64,000 nucleotides of DNA from an uncultured Collinsella sp. (GCA_900539735.1 UQDE01000005.1:1452-65451); one strand, 5' to 3'. Positions 10,001 to 19,503 are shown, counted from the stretch's first letter. Made by a program: numbers and translations. Notes: generated from the sequence alone by a model not told the origin.

Positions 10001-10121
10001 AAGTGAGTAGACTTTTTTGAACATTCCGAGCAGGCCGGTCTTCCTGCTTTTCAAAACCGCAGGTAGATAGCTTGTTACAAAACTGCCTGGTCGCCAAAGT
10101 GCTAAAAGTCTACTCACTTAG
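10001..10121. repeat. TIR-bounded 119-bp repeat, copy B
   Basis: 16-bp inverted ends AAGTGAGTAGACTTTT/AAAAGTCTACTCACTT; shares internal CCGAGCA, CCGCAGGTA, CTTGTT and GTCGCCAAAGTGC with copy A. Confidence 0.9.
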
Positions 10122-11550
10122 ATTGCAGAGTGCCCCCCATTAGCTGCAATTCCAAGGTAGTTAGTACTTTTGGACTCAGGTCGTCATACTGGACAAGAAT
10201 ATGAGTTGAGTTTTCAGGGGCAGATGCGCCATCGGCACACCAAAAACAGTCACCGATATCGATAAAAGGGATGCTCGAGCGCGTGAGGGCCCGTGCAATA
10301 GTGCTTCCGCCCGTTCCACGCTCCGCAACCACGGTGCAGTAAAGGCCCGCGTCTGCGTGTTCGATCGAGACTTCCCCTGCCGGAAATGCCTTCCGTACAA
10401 GCGCCGCCAGGCCATCACGCGCCTCGCGAGCACGAACGCGCACGCGGTTCACATGTCGCTCGTAATCACCCGATTCCAGCAAACGAGCCAAAGCGACCTG
10501 GTCGACAGAACTTACCGACGAGGCGTAAAAACCAAGGTCGCGCCTAAACCGCTCCATCAGCTCGTCGGGCAGCACCATGTACGCTAGGCGCAACGCCGAT
10601 GACAGGCTCTTCGAAAACGTATTGGTGTAGATAACCGACTGGGCGGCATCGATCGACGCGAGCGCGGGAATCGGCTTGCCGGCAAGGCGAAACTCACAAT
10701 CAAAGTCATCTTCGATGAGATACCGACCTGGTCGCTCGGCGGCCCAGCTCAGAAGCGCATAGCGCCGCGCAATGCTCGTCACAAGGCCAGTCGGATACTG
10801 ATGGGACGGCATCAGGTGAAGGACATCGGTCCCGCTTTTCTGCAGAGTGCTCAAGTCCACGCCCTCATCATCCAACGGGATATGTCGAACTTTGCAGCCC
10901 ATAGCCTGATAGATGCGCGTCAGGCGCAAATAGCCCGGGTCCTCAACGGCATACACCTTGTCAGCGCCAAGCAACTGAACCAACATGGTATCGAGCAGCT
11001 GGGCGCCTGCACCGATAACAATGTTGTTGGGATCGACATTCATGCCCCTCGTCCCACGCAGATGGTGAGCAATTGCGCGTCGCAGCCGAGCGGTGCCCTG
11101 CGCCGGTGCGGGCGAAAAGATTTCGCGCTCATCTTCGGATGCCAGCGTCGCCCGTAGTGCGCTTTGCCAAAGCCGCGCCGCCTCCAAAGCGGAAGGAGAA
11201 AGTGCATCGAATCGCTCGACCTGTCCGTTGACATCATGCGCGCTGGGACCCGCAGAGGCGGCATCTCGGTCGATGCCCTCCGCAGCCGAAGCCAAAACCG
11301 GTGCATCCGGAAGCCTGCAAGCGTAGTAGCCACGCCGCGGCTTTGAGCAAATATAACCCTCGGCAAGTAACTGGCTATATGCATTCTCGATAGTAATGAC
11401 GCTGATTCCCAGATGACTGGCAAAGGTGCGCTTAGACGGCAGATGCTCCCCCGCCGCAATACGTCCAGCAACAATATCATCTCGAATTTGCTGGTAAACA
11501 TACTCATAAAGCGATGCTTCGCCGCGTTTTTCCAAATTGTAGTCAAGCAT
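10114..11550 (-). CDS. pdxR: MocR/GabR-family PLP-responsive regulator (PdxR)
   Basis: GntR wHTH (LPSKR...ENAYSQL) plus aminotransferase-like domain (PSHQYPTG, IEDDFD, TFSKSL); divergent from pdxST. Confidence 0.85.
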   Translation of the reverse strand: MLDYNLEKRGEASLYEYVYQQIRDDIVAGRIAAGEHLPSKRTFASHLGISVITIENAYSQLLAEGYICSKPRRGYYACRLPDAPVLASAAEGIDRDAASAGPSAHDVNGQVERFDALSPSALEAARLWQSALRATLASEDEREIFSPAPAQGTARLRRAIAHHLRGTRGMNVDPNNIVIGAGAQLLDTMLVQLLGADKVYAVEDPGYLRLTRIYQAMGCKVRHIPLDDEGVDLSTLQKSGTDVLHLMPSHQYPTGLVTSIARRYALLSWAAERPGRYLIEDDFDCEFRLAGKPIPALASIDAAQSVIYTNTFSKSLSSALRLAYMVLPDELMERFRRDLGFYASSVSSVDQVALARLLESGDYERHVNRVRVRAREARDGLAALVRKAFPAGEVSIEHADAGLYCTVVAERGTGGSTIARALTRSSIPFIDIGDCFWCADGASAPENSTHILVQYDDLSPKVLTTLELQLMGGTLQSK

Positions 11551-11561
11551 GAGTTTACCAC

Positions 11562-11641
11562 CTGACCTTATCGAGCTGTTCAATCTGGTATTAAGTTGAC
11601 CTTATTATTATCTCGAAAACTGAGTATTTTGCCATACCCAG
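11562..11641. promoter_or_regulatory. Putative PdxR operator repeats
   Basis: Direct repeat TGACCTTAT at 11563-11571 and 11597-11605 in the pdxR-pdxS intergenic region. Confidence 0.5.
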
Positions 11642-11695
11642 CTCCCCGATAGGATGTTCCGTCAAGCAATGCACATGCCAACCAAGGGAGCAACC

Positions 11696-12586
11696 ATGGC
11701 AGAACAGACCAGCAAGGCCGATCGCGTCAAACTCAATCGCGAACTCGCGCAGATGCTCAAGGGCGGCGTCATCATGGACGTCACCACGCCCGAGCAGGCA
11801 CGCATCGCCGAGGAGGCAGGCGCCTGCGCCGTCATGGCACTCGAGCGCATCCCGGCCGACATCCGTGCCGCAGGCGGCGTCTCGCGCATGAGCGACCCCA
11901 AGATGATCAAGGGCATCCAGGAGGCCGTCTCCATCCCCGTCATGGCCAAGTGCCGCATCGGTCACATCGTCGAGGCGCAGGTCCTGCAGGCCATCGAGAT
12001 CGATTACATCGACGAGTCCGAGGTTCTCTCCCCTGCCGATGACGTCTATCACATCGACAAGACCCAGTTTGACGTGCCGTTTGTCTGCGGCGCCCGCGAT
12101 CTGGGCGAGGCGCTGCGCCGTGTTGCCGAGGGCGCCACGATGATCCGCACCAAGGGCGAGCCGGGCACGGGCGACGTCGTCCAGGCTGTACGCCACATGC
12201 GCAAGATCCAAAAGCAGATCCGCGACGTTGTTGCCCTGCGCGACGACGAGCTCTTTGAGGCAGCCAAGCAACTGCAGGTTCCGGTCGAGCTGGTGCGCGA
12301 GGTCCATGCCACGGGAAAGCTTCCCGTCGTGAACTTTGCCGCCGGCGGCGTAGCGACCCCCGCCGACGCCGCGCTGATGATGCAGCTGGGTGCCGAGGGC
12401 GTCTTTGTCGGCTCGGGCATCTTTAAGAGCGGCGACCCCGCCAAGCGCGCAGCCGCCATCGTCAAGGCCGTGGCAAACTTCACCGATGCCAAACTCATTG
12501 CCGAGCTTTCGGAGGACCTGGGCGAGGCCATGGTGGGCATCAACGCCGACGAGATCGAGATTATCATGGAAGAGCGCGGGCGCTAG
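11696..12586 (+). CDS. pdxS: Pyridoxal 5'-phosphate synthase lyase subunit
   Basis: [33 protein letters not shown] and FVGSGIFKS. Confidence 0.97.
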   Translation: MAEQTSKADRVKLNRELAQMLKGGVIMDVTTPEQARIAEEAGACAVMALERIPADIRAAGGVSRMSDPKMIKGIQEAVSIPVMAKCRIGHIVEAQVLQAIEIDYIDESEVLSPADDVYHIDKTQFDVPFVCGARDLGEALRRVAEGATMIRTKGEPGTGDVVQAVRHMRKIQKQIRDVVALRDDELFEAAKQLQVPVELVREVHATGKLPVVNFAAGGVATPADAALMMQLGAEGVFVGSGIFKSGDPAKRAAAIVKAVANFTDAKLIAELSEDLGEAMVGINADEIEIIMEERGR

Positions 12587-12606
12587 TCCAGCAGAAAGGA
12601 TCGCAC

Positions 12607-13194
12607 ATGAGCGATTATGCAGACCAAACGGTCGCCGTGCTGGCGGTCCAAGGCGCATTTGCCGAGCACGAGGCAAGACTATTCGAGCTTGGCGCACACT
12701 GTATTGAGCTGAGGCAGGCGGCTGATTTGAAGCAGGACTTTGACCGTCTGGTACTTCCCGGCGGCGAGTCTACCGTTCAAGGGAAGCTGCTTGATGAGTT
12801 GGGCATGCTCGAGGAGCTTCGTGCCCGTATCGCTGAAGGTATGCCCGTCCTGGGCACCTGCGCCGGCCTGATTCTACTGGCTCACGACCTTGCCGCCCAT
12901 GACGATAAGGGCACGCCGCGTCTGGAAACCATGGATGTACTTGTCGAGCGCAATGCCTACGGCAGGCAGCTCGGCAGCTTTCGAACCAAGGGGCAAATAG
13001 CCGGCATCGACGGTGAAGTGCCGCTGACGTTTATCCGCGCGCCCCGCATCGTCGAGGTCCACGGCGACGCCAAGGCCTTAGCGAAAGTCGACGGTCGTAT
13101 TGTCGCCGCCCGTCAGGGCAACCAGCTCGGCGTAACCTTCCACCCCGAGCTCGACGACGATACCCGCCTCCACGAACTGTTCCTACAAATGTAG
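12607..13194 (+). CDS. pdxT: PLP synthase glutaminase subunit
   Basis: PGGEST, GTCAGLI, RNAYGRQ and FHPEL. Confidence 0.96.
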   Translation: MSDYADQTVAVLAVQGAFAEHEARLFELGAHCIELRQAADLKQDFDRLVLPGGESTVQGKLLDELGMLEELRARIAEGMPVLGTCAGLILLAHDLAAHDDKGTPRLETMDVLVERNAYGRQLGSFRTKGQIAGIDGEVPLTFIRAPRIVEVHGDAKALAKVDGRIVAARQGNQLGVTFHPELDDDTRLHELFLQM

Positions 13195-13218
13195 GCATCG
13201 AAATCAACAAACGAAACG

Positions 13219-13280
13219 AGAGTGGATGATCTCCCACTTTGAGCTTGAATGCAGGCTCAAACCGGGAGATCATCCACTCT
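13219..13280. terminator. Long hairpin downstream of pdxT (terminator-like)
   Basis: 17-bp perfect arms AGAGTGGATGATCTCCC/GGGAGATCATCCACTCT plus inner TTTGAGC/GCTCAAA. Confidence 0.6.
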
Positions 13281-13287
13281 TGTTCTA

Positions 13288-13367
13288 TGTAGTCGTTTAA
13301 GAACGTCCCCAATGACTACAAGGAGTGTCCCAAGCTGCCGGCAGAAAAGGAACGTCCCTAACTGCCG
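13288..13367. repeat. Cluster of REP-like units with GAACGTCCC core
   Basis: TGTAGTCGTTTAAGAACGTCCCCAATGACTACA (core also at 52930-52958) followed by GGAGTGTCCC and GGAACGTCCC units. Confidence 0.7.
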
Positions 13368-13552
13368 CATCCGGGGCAAGACAACGCCGCAGGCAGAGGA
13401 CGGACAGCGAGCGGGTCGCATTTGAGGCAAGGTGACGTGAAACGAAAGGGCGCTGACCTTCTGGTCGCGCCCTTGAAGTTGAACGTCAGATTGTCCAAAT
13501 GCGGCCCGCGCAGCGTCGGCCCGTTACGGCGTTTGGTAAAACGCCGTAACTA
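13362..13552 (-). repeat. ~190-nt structured non-coding element, copy 1
   Basis: Inverted homolog of 16643-16832; TACC-loop hairpin plus ~115-nt rod-like hairpin. Confidence 0.85.
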
Positions 13553-14461
13553 AAAACGGTTACCGCGGAAGCCGCCGCCGTTGCGGCCGCCACGGTCGCC
13601 ACCACGACCGCCGCGGTCGTTACCACGGTTACCGCCGAAGCCACCACGGTTGCCGCCGCGATCGCCATAGCCACCACGGTTGCCGCCAAAGCCGCCGCGA
13701 CCGCCACGGTCGCCGCCACGGTCACCAAAGCCGCCACGGCCGCCGCGATCGCCACCGCGACCGCCACGGTCACCGCCACGGCCACCGCGATCGCCAAAGC
13801 CGCCACGGCCGCCGCGATCGCCACCGCGGCCGCCACGGTCGTCACGGCCGCCGCGAGGACCGCGGTCCTCGTCCAGGCCCATGGCGACGAGCGGAGCGAT
13901 AACCTTATCGAGAGCGGCCATCAGCTCGGTGGCCTCCTCATAAGAAAGCTCGGGCAGGAGCTTCTCCTTCTTGTTGGCAAGCTCGACCAGGCCCTCAGCG
14001 GCATCCTCGGCGGCGAAGACAACAATCTTGCGCATATCGCCCTCGGCGTCGTCGATGCGGCCGACCAGATCGGCAGCCTCGGCCTCGGCCATCAGGCCAT
14101 CGAGCTCACGAAGGCGCATGCCCAGCAGGTCGGACATTTCCTTCTGCTCCATCTTGGGCTTGAGGTCAAGGAGCTTGATGGCGCGCTCGATGTTCGCCAT
14201 GCGCTCGGCCTTGGCCTCCTCCTCCTTGGAAATAGCAAAGCGACGGCTACGCAGCAGACGGGCGGCCTTCTGCATCTTGTCCATCAGCTCTTCGTCATCG
14301 TAATCAACGGCGGCCTCGACAACCTCGGCCTCCTCCTCGGCGGAAACCTCGTCAGCAACCTCAACCTCGGCAGCTTCGGTTTCCACGGTCTCGACTGCCT
14401 CGACCTCGGCAGCCACGGTCTCGTTCTCGGTCTCGTTCATGATCTCTTCGTTCTCGGACAT
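13550..14461 (-). CDS. Acidic protein with central MarR-like wHTH and C-terminal RGG low-complexity tail
   Basis: AAGGAG RBS, strongly biased codons, Glu/Val-rich N-terminus, ~100 aa of GGDRGGRGGF repeats. Confidence 0.8.
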   Translation of the reverse strand: MSENEEIMNETENETVAAEVEAVETVETEAAEVEVADEVSAEEEAEVVEAAVDYDDEELMDKMQKAARLLRSRRFAISKEEEAKAERMANIERAIKLLDLKPKMEQKEMSDLLGMRLRELDGLMAEAEAADLVGRIDDAEGDMRKIVVFAAEDAAEGLVELANKKEKLLPELSYEEATELMAALDKVIAPLVAMGLDEDRGPRGGRDDRGGRGGDRGGRGGFGDRGGRGGDRGGRGGDRGGRGGFGDRGGDRGGRGGFGGNRGGYGDRGGNRGGFGGNRGNDRGGRGGDRGGRNGGGFRGNRF

Positions 14462-14613
14462 GAGACTCCTTCTTGGCCCTCTCGGGCATCATCGCCCCAT
14501 TCGCGGGGCCCGTCGCGCACTCTTTGCGCTTTAAACATTCATGCCTCTCGGCAAAACGTCCATTAGTTTATGGTGTCGCCATCCAATCTAGCTGCAGAAT
14601 CTATGTGCACACA

Positions 14614-16029
14614 TTAATGCGACATGTGCGACTCGCGACGAGCGTACACCAGCGACGTCGCGAACCCGACCACGGCAATTACAGCCGCCACACGCACGGC
14701 AGCTGCAAATCCAATCGCCTGGGCAACGTCGGACGCAGCGCCAGCGGCGCCGGCGGTCGCGGCAGAACTCGAGAGCAGGCCGATAAACAGCGACGGGCCA
14801 AACGATGCGGCAATCATGTTCCACGTGTTGAGCAATGCCGTTCCGTGAGGATGCTCAGCGGCAGGCAGCGTCTCCAAGCCGGCCGTCTGCGAGGGACTCA
14901 GCACCAGGCCGACTCCGGCATACACCACAACGGTCAGCGCCACGACAACGCCGATGTTCATGCTTGCCGCCGTCATCGAGATTGCAATCTGTCCCACGGC
15001 AATCAGGGCAAAGCCGACCGGCAGCAGCGGCCATGCGCCACGGGCGTCCATCACGCGTCCGCCCACAATCGAGGTCACGGCGTTGCAGGCAATCGCCGGC
15101 AAAATGAGCAGGCCCGCAACAAGTGCGGTCATGCCGTATGCGCCCTCAAAATAGAGCGGCAACAAAACGCTCATCGAGAACGTCGTCATCATCGACACCA
15201 CCACAAGCAGGCACGCAGGCCAAAAGCGACCGCTCGCCATGGGACGCACGTTAAGCACCGGATGCTCGAGCTTGAGCTGGCGGGCCGCAAATAGGCCGAG
15301 CAGCACAATGGCGGCGAAGAACGTCACGATACCGGCAATCAGATTGGTCGAGAACTCGCCTACGGAATACACAAAAGCCGTAATACCGGCGGCGAGCAAA
15401 ACTACCGACAGAATATCGAGCGTGGTATTCGAGCGCTCTCCGACATTCTGAACAAGCTTTACGCCCGCCGCAGCGACCAAAATGCCGCCCACCAGCGGCA
15501 CTACGAACACCGCCCTCCAGCCAAACAACGTGCACATAAGACCGCTAATCACGGGTCCAAACGCCGGCCCTAGCGTAATGCAGGCACCACCCAGACTCAG
15601 ATACAGACCGAGCTTCTCGCGCGGAGCGCAAGACAGCACCACGTTCATCATGAGCGGGAACAAGATGCCCGATCCCACAGCCTGCAAAATACGGCTTGGC
15701 AGCAAAACGCTAAATGACGGAGCGAACAGGCACAGGACTTCGCCGGCGACCATGCATCCGCATGCGAAAAACAGCAGCTTGCGCGTCGAGAAACGGCCGG
15801 ACAGGAAGGCCATGATGGCCGTAAAGATCGACGTCACGATCATGTAGCCCGAAACGAGCCACTGCGCCGTGGTGGCACTCACCGAAAAGGCCGCCATAAT
15901 GTCGTGCAACGCCACGTTAATGATGTTCTCGTTAAACGCGGCAATAAAGGCTGCAATATACATTACGACGAGAATCGCCGCAGTGGCCGATGGCGCTACT
16001 TGAACTTGTTGCTGAGATTTGCTCCCCAT
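14614..16029 (-). CDS. DHA2-family MFS efflux transporter (LmrB-like)
   Basis: FNENIINVAL, AQWLVSGYM, RILQAVGSG and GPAFGPVISG; many TM segments; start at MGSKSQ after AAGGAA. Confidence 0.9.
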   Translation of the reverse strand: MGSKSQQQVQVAPSATAAILVVMYIAAFIAAFNENIINVALHDIMAAFSVSATTAQWLVSGYMIVTSIFTAIMAFLSGRFSTRKLLFFACGCMVAGEVLCLFAPSFSVLLPSRILQAVGSGILFPLMMNVVLSCAPREKLGLYLSLGGACITLGPAFGPVISGLMCTLFGWRAVFVVPLVGGILVAAAGVKLVQNVGERSNTTLDILSVVLLAAGITAFVYSVGEFSTNLIAGIVTFFAAIVLLGLFAARQLKLEHPVLNVRPMASGRFWPACLLVVVSMMTTFSMSVLLPLYFEGAYGMTALVAGLLILPAIACNAVTSIVGGRVMDARGAWPLLPVGFALIAVGQIAISMTAASMNIGVVVALTVVVYAGVGLVLSPSQTAGLETLPAAEHPHGTALLNTWNMIAASFGPSLFIGLLSSSAATAGAAGAASDVAQAIGFAAAVRVAAVIAVVGFATSLVYARRESHMSH

Positions 16030-16234
16030 GCATTTCCTTCCTCTTGGAACGACAGCCGCATCGCCCCAGAGGAACAGTCCAGGGCGAAAAATGAGCCCTA
16101 GACTTACGCCAGACGCCGTACACGACGAATCTGGCAACATGGTCCAACGTCGAAAGATTGTAACGCGGACGCACAGCTTTCCTTCCGCGCTATTATTAAA
16201 AGTCCACGAAAGCATAAGACATGAGGAGCCCGCC

Positions 16235-16645
16235 ATGATTAAGCCCATCATGAAATCCGAGTTCTTTTTGCGTCTGCCTTCCGAAGACGCGGGACCCGAC
16301 GATGCCGCGACCGGGCAGGATCTCCTAGATACACTCCACGAGCATGAGCGCGAGTGCGTGGGCCTCGCCGCCAACATGATCGGCGTGCGCAAACGCATCA
16401 TCTGCGTAAAGGACGGCAACAGGACACTCCTGATGTACAACCCTCAAATTCTTGAGCAGGTCAATGCCTATCAGACGAGCGAAGGATGTCTCTCGCTGAT
16501 CGGCGAGCGTCCCTGTACCCGCTATCGCCGCATTAAGGTTGAGTATTTGGACGAGAACTTCGTCAACCGCATCAAAAACTTCTCGGGCTACACCGCCGAA
16601 ATCATCCAGCACGAAATCGACCACTGCAACGGGATTGTTATTTAG
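16235..16645 (+). CDS. def: Short peptide deformylase
   Basis: GLAANMIG, EGCLS and QHEIDH motifs; GAGGAG RBS. Confidence 0.85.
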   Translation: MIKPIMKSEFFLRLPSEDAGPDDAATGQDLLDTLHEHERECVGLAANMIGVRKRIICVKDGNRTLLMYNPQILEQVNAYQTSEGCLSLIGERPCTRYRRIKVEYLDENFVNRIKNFSGYTAEIIQHEIDHCNGIVI

Positions 16646-16832
16646 TTCCGCCGTTCTACCGAACGGCGGACCACTTGACGCTGCGCGAGCCGCATTCACG
16701 CCAATCTGACGTTCAATTTCGAGGGCGCGACCAGAAGGTCAGCGCCCTCTCATTTCACGTCACCTTGGCGCAAATGCGGCTCGCTCGCTGTCGTATGTCT
16801 ATCCTGCGACGCCTCGATTCTTGCGGCGGCAG
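16643..16832 (+). repeat. ~190-nt structured non-coding element, copy 2
   Basis: Inverted homolog of 13362-13552 with compensatory substitutions. Confidence 0.85.
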
Positions 16833-16844
16833 GCACCTAATCCC

Positions 16845-18365
16845 CTACGATTGGCGGTAATGGTCAAAGAAGTCGGCGAGGTCTTCGAGGGACTCTTTGA
16901 GTACTTCCATGCGCGGCAGGTACACGATGCGGAAGTGATCGGGCTCGGCCCAGTTAAAGCCGCCGCCGCGCGTGATCAGAATCTTCTTCTCGTGCAGCAG
17001 GTCAAGGGCGAACTGCTCGTCATCGGTGATGTTGAACTTCTTCACATCCATCTTGGGGAAGATGTAGAACGCTGCACGCGGCTTAACCACCGAGATGCCG
17101 TCAATCTTGTTGAGCGCCTCATACACAAAGTTGCGCTGCTCGTAGACACGGCCGCCGGGACGGATGTAGTCGTTAACGGACTGATGGCCACCGAGTGCCG
17201 TCTGAACGATCGACTGAGCCGGCACGTTGGAGCACAGGCGCATGTTAGAGAGCATGTTGATGCCCATGATGAAGTCGCTCATGCAGCGCTGGTTGCCCGA
17301 AAGCACCATCCAGCCAATGCGATAGCCCGCGATCATGTGCGACTTGGACAGACCGCTAAAGGTGACACAGGGCAGATCGGGGGCGAGCGAGGCAATCGAG
17401 ACGTGCTCGTAGCCGTCCATGCACAGGCGGTCGTAGATCTCATCGGCAAAGATCATCAGCTGATGCCTGCGTGCAATCTCGACGATGCCCTCGAGCACCT
17501 CGCGCGGATAGACAGAGCCCGTGGGGTTGTTGGGGTTGATGATGACGAGGGCTTTGGTCGCGCTCGTAATCTTGGACTCCATATCCTCCAGGTCGGGATA
17601 CCAATCCGCCTGCTCATCGCACAGATAATGTACGGGATGACCGCCAGCAAGGGTAGCGCACGCCGTCCAGAGCGGATAGTCGGGGCTGGGGATCAGAATC
17701 TCGTCGCCATTGTCGAGCAGCGCGTTCATCGAAAGCTGAATGAGCTCGGACACGCCGTTGCCCGTGTAGATATGCTCCATCTGAACGTTGGGCAGGCCTT
17801 TGATCTGCGAATACTGCATGATCGCCTTGCGCGCGGAGAACAGGCCACGCGAGTTGGAATAGCCTTCGCAGTCGGGCAGCTGCTGGCGCATGTCCTTGAT
17901 GACCTCATCGGGCGTGCGGAAACCGAAGGGCGCCGGGTTGCCGATATTGAGCTTGAGGATGCGCTCGCCCTCGTCCTCCATACGGGCGGCCTCGTCGACG
18001 ACGGGACCGCGCACGTCATACAGGACGTTATCGAGCTTGGTGGATTTAGAAAAAGTACGCATGGTGGTGCTCCTTGCAATTTGAGCTGAGGGATGGGGTT
18101 CGGGTTTGGAATCGTTGCGGGGTGATGATGCCTCGCCTTGATCGGCGTCGCCGGCAAGCAGCCAGGTAACATCGACCTCCAAAATACGGGCGAGCAGCTC
18201 AGCCACATCGCGCCGCGGGATCGTCTTGCCGCTCACATATTGGCTCATCTGACTCTTGCCGAGTTTTTTGCCGAGCATCTCCGATGCGCGGATCACGTCC
18301 GACTGGCGAACGTCGCGATCGGACATAGCCTGTCGCAGGCGATCGCTAAACGTCTCTTGGGCCAC
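16845..18365 (-). CDS. alaA: XRE-HTH fused AlaA-type class I/II aminotransferase
   Basis: N-terminal FSDRLRQAM...SQYVSGKTIP HTH, linker, then YDVRGPV, LNIGNPAPFGF, INPNNPTG and GLSKSH; AAGGAGG RBS before GTG 18365. Confidence 0.85.
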   Translation of the reverse strand: MAQETFSDRLRQAMSDRDVRQSDVIRASEMLGKKLGKSQMSQYVSGKTIPRRDVAELLARILEVDVTWLLAGDADQGEASSPRNDSKPEPHPSAQIARSTTMRTFSKSTKLDNVLYDVRGPVVDEAARMEDEGERILKLNIGNPAPFGFRTPDEVIKDMRQQLPDCEGYSNSRGLFSARKAIMQYSQIKGLPNVQMEHIYTGNGVSELIQLSMNALLDNGDEILIPSPDYPLWTACATLAGGHPVHYLCDEQADWYPDLEDMESKITSATKALVIINPNNPTGSVYPREVLEGIVEIARRHQLMIFADEIYDRLCMDGYEHVSIASLAPDLPCVTFSGLSKSHMIAGYRIGWMVLSGNQRCMSDFIMGINMLSNMRLCSNVPAQSIVQTALGGHQSVNDYIRPGGRVYEQRNFVYEALNKIDGISVVKPRAAFYIFPKMDVKKFNITDDEQFALDLLHEKKILITRGGGFNWAEPDHFRIVYLPRMEVLKESLEDLADFFDHYRQS

Positions 18366-18383
18366 TAGAACCTCCTTGCTGGC

Positions 18384-18468
18384 AAAGTTCAATTTATAGA
18401 ACACGAATTGAACCATGGTTCAATTTAGCAAGCAGTATAACGCGGCGCTTCATTCGAAAGTTCAATTT
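18384..18468. promoter_or_regulatory. Operator array of GTTCAATT half-sites
   Basis: AAAGTTCAATTT at 18384-18395 and 18457-18468; perfect palindrome AATTGAACCATGGTTCAATT at 18406-18425. Confidence 0.65.
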
Positions 18469-18527
18469 CATAAGAAAATGTATCGGACTCCGAGATCTGC
18501 CCAAAGCAAACAATGGCGTGTACACGT

Positions 18528-19385
18528 TTAGAGGTATTCGAGAAAACGGGCGGCGGCAAGCGAAACGTCGGCCGTTCGATATATGGCATTGATCTGCCGA
18601 TGGGGATGTCCCTCGAGCGAACGCACGGCAACATCGAACTGACAACGGCGCAAGATGAGCGCGGGAAGAATGCTCACGCCCAGGCCGTCCTCGACCATAG
18701 CCATAATCGCATAATCATCCCAGGTCGACAGCTTGGAGCACACCGTCAGCCCCGCCCGACGGAACAGCGGCGTAATCTCGTCATCGGTGCCGCGTTCTAG
18801 CAGAATAAACTGCTCGTTGGCTAAATCGGCAAGAGAAACGACCTCCGCCGTGGCAAGCAAAGAATCTGCCGGCACTACCGCCATCAACTCGTCGCGCACC
18901 AAAGACCGCGATGCCATGCCGTTTTCTCGTGGCTCACGCGGGATAAAGCCCAGGTCGCAGCGGCCTTCCGCCACCCATTGCTCAATCTCGGAGTAATCAC
19001 CCATCAGCAGCTCGTAATCGACATCCGGATGATCGGCGCGAAAGCGCGCAATCACCGGCGGCAGCACGTGGGTCGCCACACTCGAAAACGTACCGATGCA
19101 GATTTTGCCGCGCATGAGCCCGCGCATCTCATCCACCCGTCGCTGCAAGCGAGTGAATTCCTCGCAGAGCGCCTCGACAGCCGGCATGACCTGCCGCCCG
19201 TCGGCAGAAAGCACTACGCCCTCGCGACTGCGGTCGAGCACCTTAAAGCCCCAATCGGCCTCAAGATCGGCCACCATACGGCTCACGCCCGACTGCGAAT
19301 AGCTCAGGCGCTCGGCAGCACGCGTAAAGCTTCCGGCGCGCACCGTCTCCAGCAGTACCTGCATCTTTTGAATATTCGTTTCCAC
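18528..19385 (-). CDS. LysR-family regulator
   Basis: GSFTRAAERLSYSQSGVSR HTH; divergent from a DMT gene. Confidence 0.93.
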   Translation of the reverse strand: METNIQKMQVLLETVRAGSFTRAAERLSYSQSGVSRMVADLEADWGFKVLDRSREGVVLSADGRQVMPAVEALCEEFTRLQRRVDEMRGLMRGKICIGTFSSVATHVLPPVIARFRADHPDVDYELLMGDYSEIEQWVAEGRCDLGFIPREPRENGMASRSLVRDELMAVVPADSLLATAEVVSLADLANEQFILLERGTDDEITPLFRRAGLTVCSKLSTWDDYAIMAMVEDGLGVSILPALILRRCQFDVAVRSLEGHPHRQINAIYRTADVSLAAARFLEYL

Positions 19386-19503
19386 GACACGCCTCCACCT
19401 TTACATGAATTTTTGTCATGTTAGCCATGCATTATATTCGCTTTTCTTCTATTGTCAGTTCGCCCATAGTGAACATGCTCGAATATAGAGGGGACGGAAG
19501 CGC

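Noticed and set aside
11591..12697. 368-aa minus-strand ORF (and similar shadows over kup, alaA, metE2-like and cobW)
   Set aside because: Opposite well-supported genes; no independent evidence
13553..13865. Tandem GC-rich repeats as a CRISPR array or non-coding VNTR
   Set aside because: They are in-frame codon repeats encoding the RGG tail; no constant repeat/unique spacer pattern and no cas genes
13362..16832. Composite transposon bounded by IS copies
   Set aside because: The repeats encode no transposase, are diverged, and show no target-site duplication
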